A stretch of DNA of 64,000 nt. It comes from Eledone cirrhosa. Its lineage: Eukaryota. Below, piece by piece: positions 37,610 to 50,813 of this stretch. The notes below the pieces were generated by a model. The model ran no database searches. It had not been told where the DNA came from and saw only the letters and a program-made list of their open reading frames with translations. Location: positions 74,772,001-74,836,000 of the forward strand of contig OZ024746.1 of NCBI GenBank assembly GCA_964016885.1, written 5' to 3'. Both the position numbers and the translations under genes were made by a program. Each line of letters starts with the position of its first letter. The first letter of the stretch is position 1.

Positions 37610-37800
37610 TCATCATCATCATCATCATCATTTTACGTCTGCTTTTCCCTGCTTGCAAGGGTGGGACAGGTCCTATTCAGCACAGCATCTCTCCACTTGT
37701 CACGGTCCTTCGTCATCTCCTCCATGAGCTTCAGTGATCTGAGGTCTGCTCTCACCGCCTCTGCCCATGTTTTTCATGGTCTTCCTCTACCGCGTCTTCT
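37610..37800 (-). mobile_element. RTE-clade LINE 3' end
   Basis: Translates RRGRGRP*KTWAEAVRADL..EEMTKDRDKWR and ends GACGTAAAATGATG(ATG)n. Confidence 0.8.
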
Positions 37801-37806
37801 TTCTAA

Positions 37807-38253
37807 TGTTATTTTGGCCAAATTTCCAACATGTGTTTAAAATCTTTTGTGTTGTCTCTATACACCAATCTTCATTAAAGCTGATTAGTAATGTAAATGC
37901 TAAAGGGTTAATATATGTAGTAATTCTTTGAAGTACCATAAGGGGATTTATCTTTAAAAAATGTGTTGTGGGAGATTTGGCTACTATATTGAACTGGTTG
38001 ACCAACTGACTATAATAAACAATAATCCCATACCCTGTCAGCTACTAAATCATTGATGAACAAAAAATCTATAAAACTGATAATTGTCCTGAAATTATAT
38101 TTCGTTTCGATTTTTATTCCTATCGCTATCATTTTGTTAAATTCACTTTCTATTTCCAACAATGTAATATTTATGATCATTGTCGTTGTAGTTGTTGTCA
38201 TAGTCGTCGTCATAGTCATTGTTGTTGTTTTGTTGTTACTATTATCATTATCA

Positions 38254-38306
<53 letters not shown>

Positions 38307-38408
38307 GTTGTTGTTTATTATTTATTGTTATTTTGGCCAAATTTCCAACATGTGTTAAAAATCTTTTGTGTTGTCTCTATACACCAATCTTCATTAAAGC
38401 TGATTAGT
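37807..38408. repeat. ~83-bp direct repeat (37807-37889 and 38326-38408)
   Basis: TGTTATTTTGGCCAAATTTCCAACATGTG..AAAGCTGATTAGT occurs twice. Confidence 0.9.
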
Positions 38409-40890
38409 CTTCAAGCTATAAAAGCATTGATTTCTAACAAACATGTTTTTAATTACTCTTATTCAAGTTGTATTCTGTGTTTTATCTTCAAACTCATCAT
38501 AATTGTGTGTGATGAGCTTCAGATATGTGTTAAAGATAGTGGATGACACTGTAGCAATAATTTGCATAAATTACTCCAAACAAATTGATTATCCAAAGTA
38601 AGTTTTCTTAATTAATTTGCAGAAACTGAAAAAAAAAAAGTTTTTCAATCATAGAGGAATGCAAGGACTAGGCAACTTAATAACTAACATTTTGTATAAC
38701 TGTTTTATTTTCCTTTTTAAATAAGCTACATAATGTGAATTAAAGGAAAGCTCAGTCCTATACTAACAGTGCAGGCCTTTGAGAATAAACCAGAATTGTT
38801 TGCCAAATTTCAAAATGAAAATTACATATTTACTTTCTTTTTTTTATTTTGTTTTTGATGTATGAAATTATTTTTGCTTCCCCCCTCCCATCTGTTCCCC
38901 TATGTGATGTGATATTGTTCCTCCCATGTTAATATGCTAATATTTATACACAAGAATCAATTATGATACATCAAATATATAATATTTTTCAATAAGGTCT
39001 TCCATTCTTCTAATCTACCATTTCTCAAAGTAGATTCCATAAAAATATTCTAGAGTTCCTGAGATAAAGTGTCTTTTATAAAATTTAATAAAAATGTATT
39101 AATGATATATATGAAGGTCTAATTATACTCACCAAAACTTCCTAACAGATTCATTGAAAATGAACATCTTATCTGAAATATATTGGGACTTATAAATACT
39201 ACCAAGGCAACATCTAGATTCTCTCACCCCCCCCCCCCCTCCCTTAAACCATTCTTTTTCATTTCTACTCTTTTTCCTTATCCAGTCTTGTTACCACAAA
39301 ACTCACAACCCTATTTGTTGTGTTGTGGCATCCAAAACCTACCCATTCTTCACATTTCCCAATACTTCAAGCAATCTATAAGACCCTCTTTTTATATATG
39401 AATAGATTTTCACTCTAAAACAATTTTTGTTTCATTTAATGTCTTATTAAAATTAGAGTGGAGGGGATTGTCTGTAAAATATGGGTATGCATTTCATAAT
39501 TTTGAGGAAAATTTAGTTTTCTGAAAAAATAAATTGAGGATTCACTGATCTAAGCCATTTTAAAGTTGTTATATTTGTTGTTCAGGGGATAGGTATGGAT
39601 TCATGTCTTCTAAACACTTCTAATTCTACTAAACAGAATAGTGTGGGCAGTAGTGTTACTACAATTGATTTGTGCATTGTCTTGGCTTGTCCAAGATGTA
39701 CACAGAACAATGAAACTTTCTTGCACATACTTGTTCAGTGTTGAAGCATTGCTTGTGAAGATTTGTCAAATAGTTTTAGTTGCATGTAGGTTGACAGATG
39801 AGGTTATCAGCCTGGTCGGTCATGATGATAACCTCATGGCTTTCTACTGTCAGGTGACTAAGGCAACAGTAGTTGTGTGGTGGGTGTGACTAAGTAGTCT
39901 GAGAACAGGCACTTTCCTCTTTTGTCAAGTCCTCAGCAATGTTTTCAAAGTCCCATTTTCCAGTTATTTTGTTGAAAGGTCCATGAGGTTGACTAAAATA
40001 GCCCAGATGGATGGGTCAACTTTCAGCTTGCATCTGTAGGCCGAAGCAAGCAGGTTAAAGTGAGTATTGCCCTTGATAATTTGTGTAATCCAGAATATAT
40101 GGAGTTTCCTTGATTAGCTCCATGTGGCTGCTCCTCCTATTAAGACATTCCATTTCATATCCCTTTCCCCTTCCCTTTTTTTTTTGCAGGGGAGAAATCA
40201 ATATTTGATTCTGCATACACCACTATATTTATAAATTTGTCCTTTAAATATATGTCCCCTTTTATCCATTGCCCTTGTGGCAAATAAAATGAAGCATTAT
40301 TTACAGGGCTGATAATATATAGTACCAGTAAGGCACTGGTTGATTTAATTGACTTTTCCCTTCAACGAAATTGTTGGCCTTGTGCCTAAACCAGAAACAA
40401 TTATTACTATCATAATTAATAATCCTCATCATCATCATCACCACCACTCTCATTATCCAACTTCAGATCAGATTTCTAATATATAGTAGTAGTTATAGAG
40501 GAATGCATTAACCACATATCAATAAATATAATGTACTTTCATTATTAATATTTTTTTTTTGTATTCTTCCATTCATCAAATTAAAATTTTATAATTTTGA
40601 TATCATATACACATTTATTAATATTTCTAGTTGTATGCATTTTATCATGATGAAATAATAAATCTTGTATCTTTAAATTTTCTTTGTCATATAGATGAAT
40701 ATGGAAAAAGGATTTTTACAATTGTTTGATATCCTCTTGCATAATTTAACGATTATCTGGAAATTCTTACAATTAACATTCCTATATATATATATATATG
40801 CATATATACATATATATAATTATCAGTAGAAAATCATATATATATATATATGCATATATACATATATATAATTATCAGTAGAAAATCATA

Positions 40891-40928
<38 letters not shown>

Positions 40929-41194
40929 AACTAAATATAATTTATGTATGTACAATGCACATGTATTTTTACTTCTGTCTACCTATATATATATATATAT
41001 ATAGTGTGTGTATGTATGTGAGAGTATGTATACACCTGGACAAACTTAAATAGTGCACACATGCAGACAAAACAATACACACACACACACACATATTTCT
41101 ATAAAAAACTGAATATAAATTTTCCTATAAAATGTAAATGTGCCTCTGTATATTTGATAAGCTTTTTTCTCATTGGACGAAGATATATAAATAA

Positions 41195-41381
41195 TAATTG
41201 TTTCTACTTTTGGCACAAGGCCATAAATTACCCAGTGCATTACTGGTACTTTATTTTATCGACCCCGTAAGGATGAAAGGTAAAGTTAACCTCGGCGGGA
41301 TTTGAACTCAGATCATAAAGGGAGGTAACTCTATGCTACAAAGCATGGTATCCGACCCTCTACCAATACTGCCAATCCACC
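41195..41381 (-). mobile_element. SINE family A
   Basis: TSD AGATATATAAATAATAAT. Confidence 0.9.
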
Positions 41382-42112
41382 AGATATATAAATAATAATG
41401 TGGAAAATAATGTACAGATGCATATTTATATAATTACACACACACACACATATATATATTTATATACACACATATATATATATGTGTCTGTGTGTGTGGG
41501 TATATGTCTATACATACGTGTATATATAAATATATGCGTATGTCCATGTGTATGTTTATTTATATATATATGTGTATGTGCATGTATGTGTGTGCATATA
41601 TATGTGTGTGTGTATAAATATAAATATAGATATATATGTCATCATCATCGTTTTAATGTCCACCTTCCCTACTAGAAAGGGATGGACGTGTCTATATAGA
41701 CCGAATCAGTTATGAAGTGGGGTTACTTATCACCTAGACAAGGTATGGACTAGTGTCCCTCTCATATACAGTCTCATCTTTTATTGAGTGTTTAGATTGA
41801 ACTTGTAAATTACTGTCACCTTTTATTTACACCATATTCTTAAGTATGTCATATTGAAATAAACCTGAAGATGCTCAAGAATAAACAGCTTGAACTAAAA
41901 TCTAGTTTAATATCCACAAGAAAATAGTGTTAATAGTCTGAGTTCTAATTAGTTTGTTTCCTGTTTATATGACTTAATACCAACCCTAGGCTGCTAAAAT
42001 ATTTATTTGTTATTTTTATTTTCACTTCCTTCAGCTTCCTTTTCTTTTTTTTCTTCCTTTACTACTTTATATATTTCATTGTGACATTTTCACATCTGCA
42101 TCTCCATGCCAG

Positions 42113-42165
<53 letters not shown>

Positions 42166-42425
42166 ACATTTTATGTCCGTTCTTCCACACTAGCATGAGT
42201 TAGACAGGTTGTCCTGTTGTGGGCAGTGTCCGGTCGGCAGACCTTGTCTTGCTCATACAGGAACTGATTCTGGCTTGATTTCTACAGCTGGATGCCCTTC
42301 CTAACACCAACCTCATTTACAGTGAGTGCTGGGTGCTTTTTTTCCATGGTGCCTATACGTCCACTTTACAGTGTGGGCTGGGTGCTTTTTTGCCGTGGTA
42401 CCTCCACGACTTTTTTGCAGTGGGA
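42113..42425 (-). mobile_element. SINE family B variant, 3' part
   Basis: (CAT)n tail and CTACAGCTGGATGCCCTTCCTAACACCAACC core. Confidence 0.8.
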
Positions 42426-42523
42426 AAGGGTGGGGGCATATTATTTATATGCTTCATCTTACGATAAATGGCTCTAATATTTTGGTGTTTTCTAAACTCA
42501 GAACATTCAATGGTAAGATTGAG

Positions 42524-42561
<38 letters not shown>

Positions 42562-42882
42562 TGGGTGGAGATCTTAAGATGGTTGGCTGATGCATGGCTT
42601 GGAGAGTATATTTACATCCCCATATCATAATAACAATGTCAATAGTAACAATTTATGCTCCCTTCATCTTTTTTTTTTTGTAAATATGTGACCAGTATGG
42701 GTCTTATTAGATAATTGAAAAACTTCTCTTTTTCTAACTCCCCCTCTTCATCCTTCCCTACCCAATCCTTCCTTTTTTATTCTTTATCCATCTCTTCCAC
42801 CTAGCTTCTACTCTTCCTTCTTCCCAGCTTCCTTCTCCATCCTATTCTTACCAACTTTTTTCTCCACCTCCTTAACCTCTTT

Positions 42883-43250
42883 TCATCATCATCATCATCA
42901 TCATTTTACGTCCGCTTTTTCCTTGCTTGCAAGGGTGGGACGGGAACTGATTCTGGCTTGATTTCTACAGCTGGATGCCCTTCCTAACACCAACCTCATT
43001 TACAGTGAGTGCTGGGTGCTTTTTTTCCGTGGCGTCTACATGTCCACTTTACAGTGAGCGCTGGATGCTTTTTTGCCGTGGCACCTCCACGACCACTTTG
43101 CAGTGGAATGATAGGGACCCCAGTCCCTATCATTTCATTTCTACAGCTGAAATAAAGTGTCTTGCTCAAGGAAACAACACATCACCCGGTCTGAGAATTG
43201 AACTCACAACCTTTCAATTGCAAGGCCAATGCTCTAACCACTAAGCCATA
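42883..43250 (-). mobile_element. Full-length SINE family B (tRNA head, RTE tail)
   Basis: Head TGGCTTAGTGGTTAGAGC..GAGTTCAATT, CCTTGAGCAAGACAC core and tail GGACGTAAAATGATG. Confidence 0.88.
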
Positions 43251-43609
43251 TCTTTTAGATATGTTTAAAGCTTCTGTTTTTCTATACTCCCTTTCATTTT
43301 CCCCCTTCCTTCTCCACCTCTTTCTCTCCCCCCATTCCTTCTCTCATTGATAATTTTAAAGCTGCTCTGCTTTTTTCTCTTCCTTCATTTCATAATATAA
43401 GACTCCTGGATTAGAAAGAAATAGATTCTACTATGTTTGTAGCTCATTGAATTAACTATACTATTGATTGTCTTGACTGTTTCTCCATGACCATTGTAGC
43501 CTGATCATCACTCCCACATCATGGATCATTGTCTGTGGCTGAACTATATATATCCTTTCAATTGTTGACCTTAGATTCACTATAACACTTTGATCTATGA
43601 TTACCACTT

Positions 43610-43651
43610 ACACAATGGTCAGGTATCAGCTATGATACCTGACCATTGTGT
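43610..43651. repeat. Perfect 19-bp-arm hairpin
   Basis: ACACAATGGTCAGGTATCA-GCTA-TGATACCTGACCATTGTGT. Confidence 0.9.
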
Positions 43652-44036
43652 TGTACATATATCACTCAGAAAGAAATTTAAGAACATAAACACATAATGT
43701 GTCTATATTTATATATATATATATATATACATATATATATGTGTGTGTGTGTATGTGTATGTATGCGTGTATATATGTATGTAGCAGGGGAAGTGAACAT
43801 TTAACGATGATAGTGGTGATGATATATATATACAGTATGTATGTATAAATGTATACTATTAACCCCATTTACAATATTTATAACTACACTACATTTTAAT
43901 CTCTTCAATCTCCAATCACACCATTCCTGGATATGTAGATGGCTTCACATTAATTTCAATCTAGCACATAACTGAGGCTAATTATTCACTAATGGATAAG
44001 AGTAGTATTGCCTCTTGGTGTTGATATAAAGCCACC

Positions 44037-44790
44037 TAGTTTGAATCCATTGTACATATCTAGAATTATGACATCTAGTGGCAATTACCTTTAGTTTATA
44101 AATAACTATTACTAGTTTGAATCCAATCTGGAACATGCCCAGGATTATGACATCTGGTGGTAATTACTTTTTTGTTTATAAACATTCCTAGTTTGAATCC
44201 AATCTGAGTCATAGCATACATATCTAGATTATCTCATCTGAATATATGTGGCCTGGTGGTAAGGATTTTGAATGCACAATCCTAAGGTTGTGGGTTCAAC
44301 TTCTGGACCTGATGATGCATTATGTTCTTGAGCAAGTTTACTTTTATTTGATTTTCATAGGACGGGTGTCCATATCACAAAAACACCAATAAACCTCCTA
44401 TTAGATGTAACCATGTTGTGGGCTGTAAATTTCGTTTTCTTTCATATCTGGTGGCATCTACCTATAGTTTATTAATAAATATTTCTAATTTGAATCCAGT
44501 CTTGATCATTGTAAATATCTTGGATTATAACATCTGGTGACAATTACTTTAGTTTAGCAGGGGAAATAGACATTAAACATTGATGATGATGATGATGATT
44601 CTTAGTTTGAATTCTGTCTGGGATAATGTGCGAGGTTAACTTTGCCTTTCATCCTTACGGGGTCGATAAAATAAAGTACCAGTAATGCACTAGGTAATTG
44701 ATGGCCTTGTGCCTAAAGTAGAAACAATTATTACATCTGGGGACAATTGTCTTCCATTTATTAATAAAGATTCCCAGTTTGAGCCCAAGA
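44037..44790. repeat. Diverged ~75-85-bp tandem repeat interrupted by SINE fragments
   Basis: CTAGTTTGAATCC..GATTATGACATCTGGTGG.AATTAC recurs about 6 times; SINE-A fragment at 44631-44730. Confidence 0.75.
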
Positions 44791-44996
44791 ACAAGATATC
44801 TGAATGAGAGATCAAACCAAACATAATGTAGATATTAATATTACAAATATACTCTTAAAAGATTAAGTTAATAGATCCCAAATCCATGTTTTATAAAATG
44901 TCAAGATAAGTTTCGTGATAACATAATTATATATATACATTTATATATACATACATATTCATTTTTTTTATGTATGCATATATATATATATATGTA

Positions 44997-45044
<48 letters not shown>

Positions 45045-45084
45045 TATATATATATATATGCATATATATATATATATATATATA

Positions 45085-45142
<58 letters not shown>

Positions 45143-45449
45143 TATATATATATATATGTATATAATGTTGAACAAGGAAAAAAGTAAGACAAGATTGTAA
45201 TCAGTATTACATCTCAGTATTGCACTGAAGAAAATATGGTAATATCCTATAGATTAGAGATGAATCACCTCATTAACTCCGTTCTAAAGTATGTATATTA
45301 ACAGGAAAGTGAAAAAAAGAAATACACATCTTGCCATTATATATCATATACTTGATATGTTGCTAAAGGTCGAAAGAAATAAAAGGAAAAAATAATAAGG
45401 GACCAGTGTCCTGGTATAGTTCATTCCTCTCCAAGTTGGTTCATTCCTC

Positions 45450-45738
45450 GCCAATTTCTTCCAGAGAGACTAAGAGAAAGGAAGAGAGTAAGAGAACATT
45501 TGACCCCAGTATTGCACTGGTACTTTATTTATTGGCTTTGAAAGAATGAATGATAAAGTTGACCTCAGCAGGATTTGAACTCAGAGCACTGGTTCACAGC
45601 CAATTTCTTCCAGAGAGACTAAGAGAAAGGAAGAGAGTAAGAGAACATTTGACCCCAGTATTGCACTGGTACTTTATTTATTGGCTTTGAAAGAATGAAT
45701 GATAAAGTTGACCTCAGCAGGATTTGAACTCAGAGCAC
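45450..45738. repeat. 149-bp-period tandem duplication including an old SINE-A fragment
   Basis: GCCAATTTCTTCCAGAGAG..GAACTCAGAGCAC occurs twice, apparently identical. Confidence 0.92.
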
Positions 45739-46302
45739 GGCTAGTGAGAACAAATACCAAGGCATTTTTAATCCAATAGCCTAGCTACTTTGCCAATTGT
45801 TGTCATAATTATGTTTGTTTATAACTTTTTATAATTCCGCTAGAGTCCCTCCCCACATATTTAGTTTTGTGTGTGCACATGTGTTTGTGTGTTTGTTTGT
45901 GTGTATGTGTATGTGTGTGTGTGTATGTGTGTGTGTATGTGTGTGTGTATGTGTGTGTATGTGTGTGTTCACACATGTGCCTGCACAGTAAAATAGGTTC
46001 TTTCATGTTCAGAATAAAAAAAAATAGTTCTTTTTTACCTCTGTCTTTGTGCACATGTTTGTTTCGTGTGTGTGTGTAAGTATGTATACATGTATGTATG
46101 TATGTATATGTATGTATATGTATGTATGTATGTATGTACGCATGTATGTATGTCCATACACACACAAACACACACATATATGTATATATAATAGGTAAAA
46201 GTATAAATGTTTCTGGTAGTGTAGAGAATAATAACCTAATAAAGTATAGTTGTCAGAAGAAGTAATAAAACAATGTTTATCACTTAGGTAAAGAGTCTAG
46301 TG

Positions 46303-46424
46303 CTTTCAAGAGACTTATCAAGATATAAATTCAACTGTTATTAAAAGGGTAGGCGAAACGGGGAGGGGTGGGGGGAATTACTTTTAATGACAACTAAATT
46401 TATGTCTTGATAGTCTCTTGAAAG
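46303..46424. repeat. Old imperfect inverted repeat
   Basis: CTTTCAAGAGACTTATCAAGATATAAATT pairs with AATTTATGTCTTGATAGTCTCTTGAAAG. Confidence 0.7.
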
Positions 46425-46491
46425 ACTGAACGCACCAGATTCAAATTATAAACAATGTTATAATATATTTTTTTAAACTCAAGTCAAAATT

Positions 46492-46528
<37 letters not shown>

Positions 46529-46608
46529 GTGCAAGAATAGACAAGGGAAACACAGAAATGCAAAAACACTAAGTCTTATTAGTTTCACACTTGGGAAGAA
46601 GTGAATAA

Positions 46609-46654
<46 letters not shown>

Positions 46655-47040
46655 TTTTATATATATACATGTGTGTGTGTATATATATATATATGGTAAG
46701 TCAGATGAAGCTACCAAGCTGACATTTTGAAGTCCTTACTTCTTTTGCATTCAGAGAATATAATTTACACCCTACCTACAATCATTTTGTTAATGTTTCA
46801 ATGCTTTAAGAACTACAGTATTTTTAACAACCGTTCTAATATTATACACAGACACACATATACACACACTAGCAATAATAACAAGCCGTTAAATGATGAT
46901 GACACATAAATACACATTTGTTTGTATAAATACATACACACACAAAGAGGTCGAGTTAAAAAGAAAACATTAATATGATCTGGAACAGGAGCAGATAAAT
47001 ATATACATACATACATGCATGTATGTATGTATATATATAA

Positions 47041-47074
<34 letters not shown>

Positions 47075-48309
47075 ACACTCATACACATGTATAATTGATT
47101 TTTGTGAAGGGAACAAACATAAAGAACTTAAAAACTAAAAGATAGGCTTGACATCTATTTATTATAGACTAGAATATTTGAGCAAGGAAGACTGACAGGC
47201 AGACAGACAGATAGGATAGATTCAGTAAACAAATTATTTTGTTACTTTAAATTACTGGCATGGCATCAATTATTGATTAATTCCATAGCTATGTATCTTG
47301 CGTCATTGAAAACATAAAAGAATTTCACAATGTTCCACTTTCAAAACGAGAAAAAAGATTTAAAATTTTAAAACCAGTTACATCATTTGCTCAGAACTTA
47401 TATTATATAATACATGCTTCTTCATAATAAGCATTATCTGAGTTCCTTATCATTGCTGCCAAATATTGGTTCACATGACAAACATCTAACTGTACCTAAT
47501 TGTATCTTGGTCTCTTCTCTCTTCTTCCATCGCTTCCGTTGCCATCATCTCTTTCACACATACACATACATGCACACCACACCACACTATACATGGTGGC
47601 TTCACTTCTTATCATCAATGCCAGGCCTCTGACTTCTAAAACTTCAGAAATTTCTAAGACAATGATTGTACTTGTTTAGATTTTTATATGGGAATTGTTA
47701 CTTTGAGTTCTGGCTTTTAATTTAGTGGAAAAACAATTTCTTTTTATCTATGTGTTTATTTTGTCTTCCATTCATATATTTCTATATTATTTAATTCGTT
47801 CACTTCTGGTTTCTATTTGTTGTTTAGTTATATTATTATTATTATTATTATTATTTTATTTTTGGTTTATCATATCATTCTGAGCTGCTGTAAGAGGTTG
47901 GGGGTATACTTAAAAATGTTGGTTATCATCTCTTAAAGGAATGCAAACAGAGTATCATTAAAAACAAAACCACACAGGAATGAATATCTCTTTGCTTAAT
48001 GCCTCACACACATAGCCACTTGTGAACAAAAACTCACAGAAACACACACACACACACACAGACATGCATACACATATAGCAGCATACATAATGTGTCTGT
48101 GTGGGGGTGTATATGCATTATATCATTGTTGTTGATTTTATGTCCACTTTTCTATGCTGACATCAGTTGTACAGGATGTTTTGAGACAATATTTTACAGC
48201 CAGATACCCTTACTGATGCCAACCCTTTTAATCATCTCTTACAATAAGCAGGGATGCAAAGTATCTATTTTAAAATCCATGATACAGATGGAATATATAT
48301 GTGTGTGTG

Positions 48310-48355
<46 letters not shown>

Positions 48356-48380
48356 CATTCATAATAGGTAAGTGGTGAGT

Positions 48381-48429
48381 CTTGTTACTCTGGAGTTTCA
48401 CCTGCACATTCGCAGGATCATCAGACAAG
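48381..48429 (-). ncRNA. Type I hammerhead ribozyme with canonical core
   Basis: cttgt-CTGATGA-t cctgc gaatgt gcagg t-GAAA-ctc ca gag-TA-acaag. Confidence 0.85.
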
Positions 48430-48619
48430 TCTTGTCTGATTATCGGTACACATGTACCGATAATGCTTAGTCATTTATTTGTTAATTTCATGAGCATGCT
48501 GTTCCTGTGATCAAACAACTGAAACACTCCTCATCATAACTGACAGAGGCCCATTCCACTCCATATCAAGATATCGGTAATGAGATAGAGACTGGAGAAA
48601 GATGGAAAACTGTCTGATA

Positions 48620-48870
48620 TCATCATTTTACGTCCGCTTTTTCCCTGCTTGCAAGCGTGGGACGGGAACTGATTCTGGCTTGATTTCTACAGCTGGATGC
48701 CCTTCCTAACACCAACCTCATTTACAGTGAGTGCTGGGTGCTTTTTTGCCGTGGCACCTCCACAACCACTTTGCAGTGGAATGATAGGGACCCCAGTCCT
48801 ATCATCTCATTTCTACAGCTGAGTAAACTGGAGCAATGTGAAATAAAGTGTCTTGCTCAAGGAATCAACA
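48620..48870 (-). mobile_element. SINE family B, 5'-truncated
   Basis: Same body and tail as 42883-43250. Confidence 0.88.
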
Positions 48871-49182
48871 TATAATAACTAAATAAAAAAGATGGAACAA
48901 GAAGGAGAGAGAGGTTGGGGAATGAACTTAAGCTAAAGACAAGTAAGAAGCTGGAAGTCTATCAGGACGAAATACACATCCACCTGGTTAGCATAAGATG
49001 TGCATTTTTTTTTTTTTTTTCACCCACTAATGATAACCTGATCAATCTACTGAACTACATAAAGGAACTCTGTGCTGATTACAGAGGAGAGGGGATCTAA
49101 CTTCATAAAAAACCTAAATGGTAAACTATCGGTAAAACCCACAAATTTCTTATGGACATGGAGCAGTCCTTCACACACACAC

Positions 49183-49265
<83 letters not shown>

Positions 49266-49454
49266 GATAAATCTACCAAAAGTTTACGGTAGTGTCCAAT
49301 CCGTATGTAGAACTCAATTTAATCCAGATATCATGAAAAGAGAAAATGCATTCAAAACTATTTTCGGTGAAAAATAAACAGAAAACAGAGTCAAGATAAA
49401 TTAATAAAACAATGAATAAACAAAGAAACAGTTCCTTATATTAAAAAAAATTTC

Positions 49455-49590
49455 TCATTTTACGTTCGTTTCTTGGATATATATGTGTTAGAGTTGGTAT
49501 GCATATTCTATAGATCTATGTACAATATTTATACAAACTATCAGAGGGAATATACATACCTACACATATATATGCTGTCTTCAGAAATAA
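49455..49590 (-). ncRNA. Type I hammerhead with long stem II (family of 29288-29435)
   Basis: attt-CTGAAGA-(~105 nt)-GAAA-cgaacg-TA-aaat; the mirror copy on + reads GAAAcgatcgTAaaat at about 50216. Confidence 0.7.
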
Positions 49591-49705
49591 TGATATTTGT
49601 TTATTGAAAAAAACAAAGATTCAATACAATAGGTTCCCAAACAGACCTATTGTATTGAATCTTTGTTTTTTTCTATAAACAAATATCATTATTTCTGAAG
49701 ACAGC

Positions 49706-49890
49706 GGGGGTGGATTGGCAGTATCGGTAGAGGGTCGGACGCCATGCTTTCCAGCATAGTTACGTCCCTTTACGATCTGAGTTCAAATCCCGCCGAGGTT
49801 GACTTTGCCTTTCATCCTTACGGGGTCGATAAAATAAAGTACCAGTAATGAACTGGGTATTTGCTGGCCTTGTGCCTAATGTAGAAACAA
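49706..49890 (+). mobile_element. SINE family A
   Basis: Full-length; ~18-bp TSD ATTATTTCTGAAGACAGC duplicating the hammerhead core. Confidence 0.93.
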
Positions 49891-50002
49891 TTATTTCTGA
49901 AGACAGCATATATATGTGTAGGTATGTATATTCCCTCTGATAGTTTGTATAAATATTGTACATAGATCTATAAAATATGCATACCAACTCTAACACATAT
50001 AT

Positions 50003-50178
50003 AGGCAACACGGTAAAAACCTCCCAGCCCCACACTGTAAATGTGGTTGGTGTTAGGAAGGGCATCCAACTGTAGAAAACCCGCCAGACAGTCCTATGCG
50101 AGCAAGACAACCACTCTTGCCTCAAGTGGGAAAACCCCTGTCCAAACCCATGCAAGCGTGGAACACGGACGCTAAACC

Positions 50179-50209
<31 letters not shown>
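50003..50209 (+). mobile_element. SINE family B variant, 3' part
   Basis: Matches 63561-63763; (GAT)n tail. Confidence 0.88.
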
Positions 50210-50286
50210 ATCCTAGAAACGATCGTAAAATGATGAATTTTTTTTAATATAAGGAACTGTTTCTTTGTTTATTCATTGTTTTATTA

Positions 50287-50323
<37 letters not shown>

Positions 50324-50700
50324 AGTTATGTGTGTAACTACAGTTATAGGCAGCACCCCCCCCCCATTCAAACCATTCAATGCTGTTACAAGGTCTGTGT
50401 CGTGTTGGGTTGGGTTGTATTCCAGAGTTAAGGCGGCTGTAGTGTGCAGAGCGTATATAGAGTAAGTAGAATTGAAGGTCAGTGTTGCAGCATATGAACA
50501 AACTTTAATGACGTATTACGATTGTTTTGATATCAATCAACTAATGGCATAATCAAAATGACAGGGCCTGTCCCTTCTTCGACATCTCATCAGATATATG
50601 TTTCTTTTGTGCAAAGAGACAAAAATTGTTGGCCTTGTGCCTAAATCAGAAACCCTTATTCATTCATTCAATGGACTTCCATACATTTTCTATCAACTTA

Positions 50701-50813
50701 CTTGTCTTGGGTAGACTCACATGTCTTGGGTAGACTCACATGTCTTGGGTAGACTCACTTGTCTTGGGTAGACTCACATGTCTTGGGTAGACTCACATGT
50801 CTTGGGTAGACTC
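50701..50813. repeat. 19-bp minisatellite, 6 copies
   Basis: C(A/T)TGTCTTGGGTAGACTCA repeated. Confidence 0.95.

Larger units (their letters stand above)
49396..50292. repeat. Large fold-back element (arms ~240 bp) with two SINE insertions in the right arm
   Basis: Loop 49635-49644; the right arm resumes after each insertion and ends in (TA)n. Confidence 0.92.

Noticed and set aside
39630-40090. GC-richer segment, possible old LINE RT (similar hints at 8200-8460, 34540-34950 and a possible Tc1-like relic at 35830-36100)
   Set aside because: Motifs are too degenerate to assign by eye.
40160-40240. Polypyrimidine tract plus CAG splice acceptor
   Set aside because: No convincing exon ORF or partner exons; it cannot be supported without RNA data.
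41862-41910. CTGAAGA motif with a short hairpin
   Set aside because: No GAAA, stem III or stem I closure.
50701-50813. Possible CRISPR-like array
   Set aside because: Head-to-tail 19-mers with no spacers, no cas genes and a eukaryotic context.
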